Shown: piece by piece, positions 12,649 through 25,800 of the stretch | How the letters are laid out: the number at the start of each line of letters is the position of its first letter | How positions within the stretch are numbered: position 1 is the first letter of the stretch | Source of the DNA: Octopus bimaculoides | Lineage: Eukaryota | DNA length: 63,980 nucleotides | Assembly: GCF_001194135.2 (NCBI RefSeq) | Contig: NC_068987.1 | Coordinates: 12,220,929 to 12,284,908 of the forward strand | Direction: 5' to 3' | Translations under genes and position numbers: made by a program | Notes under the pieces: model-generated | Seen by the model: only the letters and a program-made list of their open reading frames with translations | The model's database searches: none | What the model was told of the DNA's origin: nothing

Positions 12649-15600
12649 GTGCGTGTATATGTTTGTGTGTCTGTATTTGTCTCCCTGACATCGCTTGAAA
12701 ACTGATGCAAAACAGACCAATAGAATAATTACTAGGCTTACAAAGAAGAAGTCCTGGGATCGATTTATTCGACTAAAGGTGGTGCTCCATCATGACCCCA
12801 GTCAAATGACTGAAACAGCAGTTTGAGAGGCTCTGACAAGCCGCAGGGCTGTGCTAAGCTCCCTGTGCACTCAACAGTAAGAGTTGAACGATCTCACATC
12901 ATCATGATTTGAATGAATGTAGACCAGTGAGACACTGAATCAGAAAATATGAGAACTAGCTTGTTTAAACATTAAAATAACGTTTTTTTCACTAAAAATG
13001 GAGAGTCAAATATGTTAGGACCAAACACCTTAATACAGATCAACACTTTAACTAAGAAATTTTCTGTGCTTATATGTTCATAATGACCTTCTCCTAAATA
13101 AGTTGCCATTCATGACTGAGTCCTGTCTGTCCTTGCTGTCAGTCAATAGCTAGGACAATGGTTGACTGATACCAGAGCATGTCTACACCCACTCAGGTGA
13201 GCCAGCATTGCCTTCTCTCTTGGATCCATAAAACAACAGACAAGCAGTGAATTAGTTGAGTCATTAAGCATCAGACACGATGCTTCACAATATTTGTTTT
13301 GAACAATTGTGTTTTAAGTTCAAATCTCACAGAGGTCAATTTTGCCTTTGATCCTTTCAGAAGTCAAAAAAAAAAAAAAAAAAATGAAAAGAACCAGTCC
13401 AAGGCAGCAGATTAATGGAACTGTAAAAAGATCAGACCGGATATTTTGTAGTATTTCTTCCAGTCTTTTACTTTCCAAATTCAAATCCTACCACAGCTTA
13501 CTTGGGTGGTAGATTTAACTCAGTACCTAGTTCAACACCAATGGGTACCTTCAGCAGAGTCCACTCTGTTGCAAACAATCAGACCAGGTCCCTGGGTTAA
13601 GGATATCTTCTTCCTTCTTAGTCTTGGACACCATGTAAAGGATCATGGGCACTGAGTTCCTTTCTGACTTAAAGGGATCAAATCAAATTTAAAAGAGCAC
13701 AAAATATACAGACCAAATTGTTTTTGTTTAGATTCTATTCCCTTAAAGACTAATTTTCTTTTTAAATTGTATATGTTGTCTCAATACATCAAATTCCTTT
13801 TCCGAGGGGACAATAATTGACAGAATCAGTTGGGTTTTGGACAAAATACCTTCAAAGTATTTGGTTGCATCTCTTTATGTTCTGAGTTCAAATTCCATCA
13901 GAGTTGCCTTTACCATCATCTCTCCAATCATCATCAACAATTTGCTTAAGACCATGTTCCCTGCAAGTATGGGTTGGATGGTTTGAAAGGATCCAATGGG
14001 CCCAAAGACTGCACCAGGCACTAGTTTCTATGGCTGGACATCCTCCCTAACACCAGTGTCAATAAATAAATACCAGTAATATATTAAGCTTGATTCCAAT
14101 CACTATATGTTCTTCTGTCAATTTATTTCAGCCTTGTCATAATGTAATAAATCAATATATCATAAAAACATTTGTTTCACTTCCATAACTCAATAAATCC
14201 ATTTCTTCTTCAGCATAATAAAACCAGCTGCTCACATTTCATCCAGGACAACACTTGCAAGCACTGTATATATCTAAAATAGTTTTCATCTGACCTTTCT
14301 TTGTTTTTGCTTGAAGAGCAAAGAAACCTGTCCGGTATAGATTAGATGGCGTTAAACATCTATTGTCAGCTAATAGCTTTCGTCTCACACATATCTCTGA
14401 AGGGATATAACCAATTAAAAACCAATCAATAATTGCACTGAAACTTTCACTTCCTTTTTCTCTGGATCTTGTTATAACAGTCATGCAACAAAACTTGTAG
14501 AAATAGTGGAAGATGGGAATTAATTACAAAGTTAAAAGAATCGGTCAGGATATTTTAAACTCTTTTAGTTTGTTATTTCATGTGTACCAGACAGAAAGTA
14601 TGAGGATATACCCTGGCATATTTCAACCATTGTTTCAGTTAAAGGTTTAATAGCAAGGGTAGATGGGGCTCAGCCATAAATGGCAACCCATCTAAGAGAA
14701 CAAAAACTATGGGTACTACTCATACTCAGCGCCATATCTTGCCATCCGAAGGTTTTGGATAAAGGCTTATGGTTCATCATCCACTACATTCACCTCTACC
14801 CTTATCTCTAGCCATTCGCTACTCTCCTTCCACACACTTATGAAATTACCCACCCTCTATTTCCTCCCCCAATCCAGTATCTACACCCTCTCTTATACTC
14901 AACTTCTTATACCGAGAGAGTTCCTTCAGCACCTCATCACCATCATCTTTATCTTGCTCCCAGCTATTCCTACTCATTCTTATATAATAGGGGCCAGCCA
15001 TGTATCTCCTCTACAACAAGATATTTGTGCTTGTCCTTTTATTATACGTTAGTCCAGTGTTTCCCATCATTTTTATCCTTGCGTAATCCTTAAAATAAAT
15101 TACATATCTCAAGGAAGCCCTGCACAAAAAAAAATTATATACCATATATTTCTCATATATTTTCAGCAAACTTCATGTGATAAATATCAAATATATATAC
15201 ATATATATATAGGGTGACCTTAAATTACAGACATCACTAAATATATCCCCAATGGTTGTTATATATTTTTGATAACATAATAGGTTAGATAGGATGATGT
15301 CTATATTACAATATTACAATAACTAATATGTTGTGCATGTCTAGTAATATTATGATCATGAATTTAGCATTAGCTTATCTCACTCTTTCTCGCAGAATCT
15401 CTAGGAACCTTTTGCAGAACCCCGGTTAAGAAATGCTGCTTTAGTTCTTCAACACTTGGCATAAAGCCACCTCCCCCTTCTGAAATATACCCCTCACTTA
15501 GTCAAAGAACTTTTAACTTTGGTTTTTCTGTCTTGCAAGTTAGTTAGTGTCCTCGCTAGAACCGGTGGCATGAAATAAGCACCCAGTATACATGTAAAGA

Positions 15601-18600
15601 GGTTGGTGCCAAGAAACGTATCCAGCCATAGGAACCATGCCAAAGTTGACATTGGAGCTCGACACAATCCTGTGGCTCACTAGTTCTTGTCTCATCATCC
15701 AGCACATCCCACCATGGGAAGCTGACATTAACTGATGATGATCAATACATGTAAAAAATTTCCATTTTTAGATCCTTCTAAAAATCATAGCCTGTCCTTT
15801 TTTGAACAAAGGACAGAATTTCTATTTTAGATTCACTCATATTTGTAACTATACACTGAACATGAAAATAAATCAATGATTTTTGTCTGGTCCTTCATTC
15901 ATAGAAAGCAACCTGCTATCAGATCAATTCTATCTCAGAAAATATTCATTAAAAAAAAAAAGCAGAAGACAAAATAAACGATATTTCTAGTTTCCTGCTT
16001 GGAAAAGTTTTAGTTCAATCGAATCCCCTTAATAATTAAAAAAAAAAAAGAGATCAAGAAACAAATTCCCAAATCTCATTAAGATTTTGTTACATCTACA
16101 GCAGCTTAATTATATCATCATCTACAGCTGGATGCCCTTCCTAATGCCAACCACTCCGAGAGTGTAGTGGGTTCTTTTACATGCCACCGGCATGAAGGCC
16201 AGTCAGGCAGGACTGGCAACGGCCACGCTCAAAATGGTGTATTTTACATGCCACCTGCACAGGAGCCAGTCTAGTGGCACTGGCAACGATCTCGCTCGAA
16301 TGTCGTTACACATGCCACCGGCACAAGTGCCAGGAAGGCGACGCTGGGCACAGGTGCCATCATGATTTCGCTTTTGCTTGCACCAACAGGTCTTCGCAAG
16401 CTGAGTTTCGTGTCCAATGAAGGAGACGACATTGGCATGGGTGCCAGTCATCGAATTTAGTTCGATTTTGATTTCACTTGCCTCAACAGGTCTTCGCAAG
16501 CGGAGTTTAGTGTCCAATGAAGGAAGGTATGCATAAGTGGGCTGGCTAACCCCTGGCAGAGGCCTCAGATTATGGTCTCACTTGGCTTGCCAGGTCTTCT
16601 CACGCACAGCATATTTCCAAAGGTCTCAGTCAGAAGTCATTGCCTCGGTGAGGCCCAATGTATATATAATACATGGAATTATAAAAACTAACTCCAGTAT
16701 AAAATCCATTTGTTTATCGTTTACATCTTATCTAAACAGTGAAGCACATAGGTTCTATATTTTGTAATACAGAAGGTGTATGCTTTAGAAAGTAATCTCT
16801 TTATGTGAAGTGAGGCAGTGAGATCACAAGCAAACCAATAGAAAGGAATTTGTAGACAGAAGTTGCAGAGCAGGAGTAGCAAGCAGAGAGATACCAGTGA
16901 CATTTAGTCATTTAAATGGCCAGAATGTTCCTGAGAAATAGTTGGCAGCTTCTTTTACCAAAGTGACCCAATCCTCAACAGAAATGAATATTTTGAAAGC
17001 TTTTAAGTACACAATAGCCTTCATTTACTGTTATATTAAATTTTAATTATATAAACAATTGTAGAGTTAAAGACACATGTTAAGCATTCAGAAACATACA
17101 AAGTTCATTCACTTCACTTAAACGTTTATTGTTTGTAATATGGTGTTAGAACTGCAGCACAAAATTTGTCAGCGACCAGGTTGCAATTTTAAGTGACAAA
17201 AATTTTGACACCATATAACAGACAATAAATGTTTAAGTGAAGTTAACGGTCTTCGTATGTTTCCCAAATGGCAAACATGTATCTTCTGCACTGCAATCAT
17301 TTTAGTTTCAACACACAATTCCAGAACAAAACACCTGCTGTGTAAGTACATCTGTATAATTTAATTATATAATTTCACAGAATATTTCTACAATTGAAAA
17401 TATTTTCATATCTGAAAATTAAAAATGTATCTCTTAGACAAGTGAATGCAAACACCTACATTTAAAGTCATATTACAATCTGCATTTATATACAATTATA
17501 TTTAGATTTAAAAAAGAAATAATGTATTCCAGAAAAAAAGCAAACCATAAATACTGTATTTGATGGCATATAAGACACTTTTTACGAAAAAAAATNNNNN
17601 NNNNNNNNNNNNNNNNNNNNNNCCGCAACTAGTAACCTTGGAGCCTATATTGGGCACCCATATGCTTGTGATTTCTTGCTTTATTTTCAGCTATATTGCT
17701 GACTTGCTCTTTATATACAGTAATGTTTTCTGCTATAGTTAAGGTATTTTTGTAATGTTTTGTAATGCACTGTAAATTGCTTTCAGGTTTTGTTCAGGAT
17801 TCAAATTACTCTATCAAATGTGATGCATATTTATTTACATTGTTTTGAATTAATCATGCCTTATCTTGTAGCTTTGAGATTTCGATGATGTGATTGTTCA
17901 TTTTTAGAACAACATTGTAGGATAGGTGTAAGAGGCTGGATCAGGAAGGTCTGAACGCAAAACAGAATATTTCAGCTGGATATGGCTGGTTTGAATGCTA
18001 AAGGGTTAGATATTATATGCTTTTAATCCCTTAAAAACTTTCTTTTCTCTAATATGTGCTGCTGAAATTGTGGTGCATCTAATATGCTTGGGAATCTGTT
18101 ATGCCATCAAATACAGCACTAACAACTGAAGTAAACAAATATTTCAAAAACTATCATAAAATAAAACAAATTGATTGATTTCTTTTATTAAGAAAAAATA
18201 AAAAGAAAAAGAAAAAGAAAAAGAAAGAAATAATTGTTTTAAAATCTAGAAGCAGAACTGATTTATATTCAGGAATGTTAATACAAGATGACAAAGAAAA
18301 ACCTGAGGTAGGTAGTGTTATATAGCAACAAATAACTGCTAGATACTTATTTTGCAAACCCAATTTCAGTAACAATAATTGGGCAATGCAGTTTAAGAAG
18401 CAGCATAAATAGAAAAACAGCTCGGTTTAGTGAACAGAAGTTACAAAGTAACAGCACCTTCTTGCATCGGGGTTGAAATAGTCTGCTAAGATTGAACCTC
18501 TCTTCTTGAGTTTTGGACGAGCTAATTCTGAATTCGGACTGAACTCCTTGGATGATGCCTGTTGAAAGCAAAAGAATTCCTATGTCAGAATTTTTTATCA

Positions 18601-19876
18601 CAAATACAGAATTAAATTGTAATGTTTAACCCTTTTGATACCAACCCGGCTGAAACCGCCTCTGGCTCTGTAGTACAAATGCCTTGTTTTCAAAAAGTTT
18701 TTAATTAAAATATTCCACCAAACCTCAGTCACAATTTACGTTCCTAACACCAGCTTAATGATAACTAAGTTATTTTACTAAATTCTTTATTATATTTAAA
18801 ATTAGTTGAAAGAAACACAGAGCATCTCAATAGAAATATGGTAACAAAAGGGTTAAGGTATATTGTAAATTAATATTGTTATACAAGTCTGCCAAAAGTT
18901 GAAAATGAAAGTTTTAATTTTCTTTATGAGTATATAATCTTTTTTTTAATGATTTTAAAATATGGAACATTTTATTTGATTATTATTAGATTTTGAATTT
19001 GGAAAATTCATGCCTATGAATTTTAAATATAATCACTCTTATATGTATGAACTGTAATTTTAAACTTAGTGACTCTGTATGAAACAGATAAACAAATCAG
19101 ATTTTTAAAAATCTCCAAAATTGTTTTGCTATTTTATTCAGTTAAGGTTAGACAAACAGCATATAAATGACCTGTGGTAGAAATTTAACCCATAATAAAT
19201 TAATATATTTTTACTATCAATGACAAATCACACAAACTTAAAAGATTTGAAGAATATAAAGAGAGATAATAAAAGGTAGATCTTTAGAAAAATTTCACCA
19301 AAATGCCAAAAAAAAAAAATGAAAAAAATATTGAGACACTAAAAAGGAAGAGATAAAAGGATAGATTTTAAAAATTCAAAAATTGTTATTTTTTTATTAT
19401 TTTACAAATAAAAGTGGTATCATTTAATTGTCTATTCAGGTAAAAAGTTGAAATAGTAATGGGCGTAATAATTTAAAGAGAGAAAAAATAAAACAGAATA
19501 CTTGCATTTCTAAAATAATAACATGAATGATAAGATGAATCTATAGGATATAATCACAACAAGATTAACTAAGTAATGTTGCCAGGAAGACAATTCTAGA
19601 AATAATCTTTTAATTAATTTAAAAGCGGTATAACTATTTTTTATAGATAAGCAGCTACGATCATAGCATTTCCTTTCCCCATTTAATAAATTGTTACTAC
19701 TTATATGCTCATTCCTTCTCGAGCTATGCCTGGCTCATAAGGTCTGGTTTCCTGGTTTCATTGGCGTATAGGTTCCCCACCTAGATGGAACGTCAGTCCA
19801 TTGCAGTTACTATTTATATATGTATATTAATATACACATCTTTTACTATCTTCATTTATTGAGGACATGCTTGTGG

Positions 19877-19955
<79 letters not shown>

Positions 19956-22064
19956 GATAGATAGATAGATATATGTATATATTATATAAGTGTGTATGTA
20001 TGCATATGGTGCTCATTTTGTCATAATTTTGCTAAATTTACTCAAATTAGTTTTCATTTGCTATTCTTTTGATAATGTTATTATAACTAGTGTAAAATAT
20101 TATGAGTGACAATAAATCTACTTCATACTTGATCAAATTACATGTCACAAGAACTCTACATGTTTCTGATAAACTTCAAAACAGATTGATTCAAGAGGTT
20201 TTCTGATGAAGAAATATTTTCGTATATTGTTCTGCTTATGATTGAAATAAAATTTTAATACTATTAAAAAAATTAAAATCAAAATAATCATAATGGTTTT
20301 TGCCTTATTGCAGTGGTTCTCAACCATTTTTTGCCTATGGAATGCTTTAATTCCTATTCCACTTAGATGAACCCTCATAACCATTCAATATTTAAAAGAT
20401 CCTATTTTATTTTTATTTTTAGACATTATAAGGAATCGTATAAAAAACATTGTGAAAATATTTTGAGTATTGCAGAAGTATAACCAATTTATTGCACGTA
20501 AATTTTAATTACAAAATCTTTTATAGGCTCCAGGTGAGAACCACTGCCTTAATGGATAAGGATGACTAAAACTAGAGTTAATGTCCTACATATGCATATA
20601 CAATAATATTTAACATGTTCATGTACACTTGAACATGGGAATACCTTTCACTGTGGAAACAGTCTTGGGAGAAATTTCTTCTCACTCATAGTGCAATATG
20701 TTTTTCACACATATTTTTGTCTACAAGGAGAAATTTTTCCGGAGATTATTTCCACAGTGAAAGGCTTTCTATGTCTGAGTGTATATGATGTCTTGAATAT
20801 AATTATATATACATATATTTCATCCACAGCTTCATGCAACTCTATTCAATTAAAATCTGATATATTGAGAAGAAGTGATCTTAAAATATAGCAATAAAAA
20901 GAAATTTCCCATTTAGTTATTCTGGATAAAATTATGAAAATAAAATAAGAATAATTTCCAAATGAAAAAGTAGAAGAAAAGTACACCCATGCATCTCCAA
21001 AAACATTACAATTACAAAATACCTCAGACAGTTCATCCTGAAGATTCAACAATTGGTCCTGGCAATATTGATGAACAAAATGTTAAATTGCCAATTTTTA
21101 TAATAATTTAACAGACAAGAAATTTAACATTGATTATAGATACATACCCAGCATTAGAATATAACACATTAAGAAAAATGAGATTCATTAAGTTTTGTTA
21201 ATGGATAAGAATTTGGATATGTTTAGGATAATGCAAGTTCCCAAAAAATTATTTAGTAACAATTCAAGTAATAATTTAAGATCATCAAAAATGTATCACT
21301 GAAGTATATCAAAGTGAAATTCAATTTTTATTGTCATCAACCTGTTTATAATAAACACACAACAATTTAAATCATTCCTAAAAAAAAAAATATAAAAAAA
21401 CGATTCGAAACACAAGTATTCAAACAAAAGAATAACATGCATTTATCATTCCTGTTCTTTATATAATATATATATATATATANNNNNNNNNNNNNNNNNN
21501 NNNNNNNNNNNNNNNNNNNNNNNNNNNNNNNNNNNNNNNNNNNNNNNNNNNNNNNNNNNNNNNNNNNNNNNNNNNNNNNNNNNNNNNNNNNNNNNNNNNN
21601 NNNNNNNNNNNNNNNNNNNNNNNNNNNNNNNNNNNNNNNNNNNNNNNNNNNNNNNNNNNNNNNNNNNNNNNNNNNNNNNNNNNNNNNNNNNNNNNNNNNN
21701 NNNNNNNNNNNNNNNNNNNNNNNNNNNNNNNNNNNNNNNNNNNNNNNNNNNNNNNNNNNNNNNNNNNNNNNNNNNNNNNNNNNNNNNNNNNNNNNNNNNN
21801 NNNNTTTTTTTTTTTTTTTTTTTTCTTACAAGCAACATAATGTTGACCCTTTACTAGAGGTGAATGAACTCACTGAAGGAAAATATATTATTACTCACAA
21901 AAACCAGATTATTCTAAAAAATGGCCAAAAATGCATCACAAAGGCCAGCTATGTTTCCTTCTATAGAGCTAAAAAAATTCTTTAAAACTCTAACTTGTAC
22001 AATGCTTTACAAAATCTACAACAGAACTTTGGAAAAATTATACATCTCTATATGTGTGTGTGTT

Positions 22065-22098
<34 letters not shown>

Positions 22099-22408
22099 CA
22101 TACATATATATACATGCATCATGATACTGACCAGATTATAGGATGTGGTTATACATCACTGGTCATCATGCGCTTCACATTGTTTTAACCTTTGAATGAT
22201 GCCATCCAATTGGTTAGATGAGCAGACCAACATCCCTCCTGATTGGAATTGGAAGACTATTCCATCACAGAGTTACCTATTAACAGTGGACTGGGGCAAC
22301 GTAAAATGAAGTGTTTTGCTCAAGAGCATAAAGTGGTACCTGGCCCAGGAATTGAACCCACAACTTAACAATCATGTGTGCAACACTCTAACCACTAGGC
22401 CACATGCC

Positions 22409-22450
<42 letters not shown>

Positions 22451-22808
22451 AAAAATAATTGCATATATCAGTTTGATCAAAGGAAATAACTGTGTAACAA
22501 TGCAATGGCAATGAAAAGAATCGATGTATAAGTGAAGCTAGATATAAAGTAAGGAATAGAGCCAGATCCGAAATGTTGTTACTAACATGCTGAAAAGCTC
22601 AGATATTAGCATTTAATCATAAAAATGAAGCATAAACAGAAAGGATGGAAAGGTTTATGACTGTTCATAACATTTAGAATGAAATCATGCTTGGTTTTAA
22701 ATAATTTTAAAGCCCTTATTAAGTTGCAATTAATGGCATTTGAACATGCATTAAATCACTGAATCTTGGATGCTGGTGAAAATACATAGTGTTTTGATAG
22801 TAGTGAAC

Positions 22809-22846
<38 letters not shown>

Positions 22847-25800
22847 CCAGATGTTAATAGATATGAACTACAAATGCTTGCTTTCATTGATAGTAACAAC
22901 ACTAGAGTTTCTCGAGTCAGTGAGGGGTGTCTCTACATAGTCACTCAACTTGTTAGAAATAACAGCCAGATATCCCTCAGATCAGACTTTTTCATTTCCA
23001 GTTCTAGATAATGTTAGAAGATTGAATGTATGTGTGCAACCCTACACAAAGGGGACTGGAGAGTCTTGGCAACCGGATTCCCATGACAGGAAGGATCCCT
23101 GGCTTGATGATGATTGTTAAAAAGATCGATGATCATAGCCTGTATAAAAATTCTTTTCTACTCTAGACACAAGGCCCGGAATTTTTGGGGGAGGAGTAAG
23201 TCGATCAGATCGACTACGGCACGCAACTGGTAATTATTTTATCGACTCCGAAAGGATGAAAGACAAAGTCAACCTCGGCGGAATTTGAACTCAGAACGTA
23301 ACGGCAGATGAAATACCGCTAAGTATTTCACCCGGCGTGCTAACGTTTCTGCCAGCTCGCCACCCCCAGTAACATTTTAAATACTATAATATATGTATCT
23401 TATTTCTTTATTGCCCACAAGGGGCTAAACATAGAGGGGACAAACAAGGACAGACAGTGCGTAACAACCCCAGTGCGTAACAACCTCAGTGCGTAACTGG
23501 TACTTAATTTATCGANNNNNNNNNNGCGTAACAACCTCAGTGCGTAACTGGTACTTAATTTATCGACCCCGAAAGGATGAAAGGCAAAGTCAACTTCGGC
23601 GGAATTTGAACTCAGAATGTAATGGCAGACAAAATACCGCTAAGCATTTCGCCCAGCATGCTAACGTTTTTGCCAGCTCGCCACCTTATATAATATATGT
23701 ATCTGTATATAATATATATGTATCTGTATTATGAACATTAAAGTGAATTCATTTCATTAGAATTAAGGTAAACTGTTATTGTTAAAGTCTACATGCTTTA
23801 GTTTTCAGGTCAATATCCATATAACGAGCAATGAATAGCTAGTTAATGATGTTATTTCATCTATCATTCCAAACACGATGCATCTTTTATAACTTTGGGT
23901 CAATAAATGCAGGATTCAATCCAGAATGGTTATACTTCTTGCCATTCTTTAAAATTAATTACTTTCTTTCTAATTAATGCAGAAAACAGAAACATGCACA
24001 CATTCACAATAGTGAATGTGTTAGGAAATTTTTTTAATTTTTTTAATTTTTTTATGAGCTCACCTAATTTAATCTGTTTATGACTTCAAACACTGAAAGA
24101 AAAGAGCAATCCCATAACAATACACAATTGCAGAGGTTTGGGGCGCAAAATATAGACCTACAAGGGATAGATCCTTCTCTGAACTTTAGCGAATACTAAG
24201 AATGCATCAACACAAAACTTGACAGCACCCAAGAATAAAATCTCTAAATCATGATGAGATAGATGATTCTAATATAACAAAACAAGAGAACATTTTCTTT
24301 TTTATACAAAATAAAATTTAATTTTCTAAGAACTATTAAAATAAAAACCTTTATATATGATACAAAAAAACAGAAATATTGAAAAAATATATTTAAAATG
24401 CAGAAGCAAAGCCTAAAATTATTATATATTGAATTCCTGTATTAAAAGTATTAGAAAAGTATTTCATTAAATATATAAGTTGCTAAACGCAAAAAATTTT
24501 TTAAAAGCCATAATTTTCTAATAAAAAAAATTCACTCCTGATGAGTGTTTATTTGTATCATAAATGTATATATACCCGCCTTGCTTCAGCTTCATCTTTG
24601 TCATCTTGTAGTTTACGATTAATATTTCTGTAAATTAAAAAAAATTTTAAAAAAAAGGAAAATAAGCTTTTAGATCATTTCTTGTAAAAATATCAATATT
24701 ACATTTAATAACTTAATCCATCAGTGTTACTTTTATTTTTAATGCTAAATTAAAATTAATTTTGTAGTGTTTATTGAATTGTACCAAAGTCCTAGTGTTC
24801 AAATATTAATAACAAAAAAAAAAACAAAGTATTTTGTGTGACACCTTGGGCAAGTGTCTTCTACTATAGCCCTGGGCCGACCAAAGCCTTGTGGGTGGAT
24901 TTGGTAGACGGAAACTGNNNNNNNNNNNNNNNNNNNNNNNNNNNNNNNNNNNACAACCGATGCCGGTGTGTTTACGTCCCCATAACTTAATGGTTCGGCT
25001 AAAGAGACCGATAGAATAAGTACTAGGCTTACAAAGAATAAGTCCTGGGGTCGATTAGCTCGACTAAAAGGTGGTGCTCCAGCATGGCCACAGTCAAATG
25101 ACTGAAACAAGTAAAAGAGTAAAAGAGTATATGGTCAAGATATCAACAGTATATTAATTCCAATATTAAGAAGGTTTAATTTGCACACTTAAGTTTTGTT
25201 GTACTTCTTGATTTGGAATATTACACTTGTTTAAACAATTCTGACTAGCATTTCAAAATAAACTACAAACGCTGTTTATATCTTTCTTTAAAGCAATTTC
25301 TTGTTGTAGTTAAAATATATATTAATTTAACATTTACTATACCTGAGATGATCCAATTGTTTGACTAGACTTTCTCTTTCTATTGCTATTCCTTCAGTTA
25401 GCTTCAATGCTATTCTGTATTAAAAAAGAAAAAAAAAATATATATAGTTACAATATTTCCATCATCAAAGTTTTAAAATGTCATTTTATGTTTTGCATAG
25501 AGTAGAGCAATGTGGAGAATTAAGCTTAAAATCTGTAAAAATCACTGTATAAAGTGTTATTGAAACTTCTTAAATCATTAAAATAAAGAAACAAAAATTA
25601 AAACATTGCAGCTTATTGTACACTCGAAAATTTTTTAAGATAATTACTATACAAGACTTGGATGTGGTACTGAAGAAAGAGCAAGAATTCCTGAAATGTG
25701 CATATACACCTATTGCCTATCTATAGGTGCAGATGTAGTTGTGTAGTAAGAATCTTGCTTCCCAACCATATGGTTCCAGGTTCAGTTCCACCGTGTGGCA

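Noticed and set aside
14239-14484. 81-aa ORF ending CKCCPG, suggestive of a Rab-type prenylation tail
   Set aside because: It lies in the middle of the host gene, upstream of further coding exons; no Rab motifs; not linked by good splice sites.
23458-23560. 15-bp repeats and a duplicated SINE segment around a small gap
   Set aside because: The sequence is repeated on both sides of the N run, typical of overlapping contig ends.
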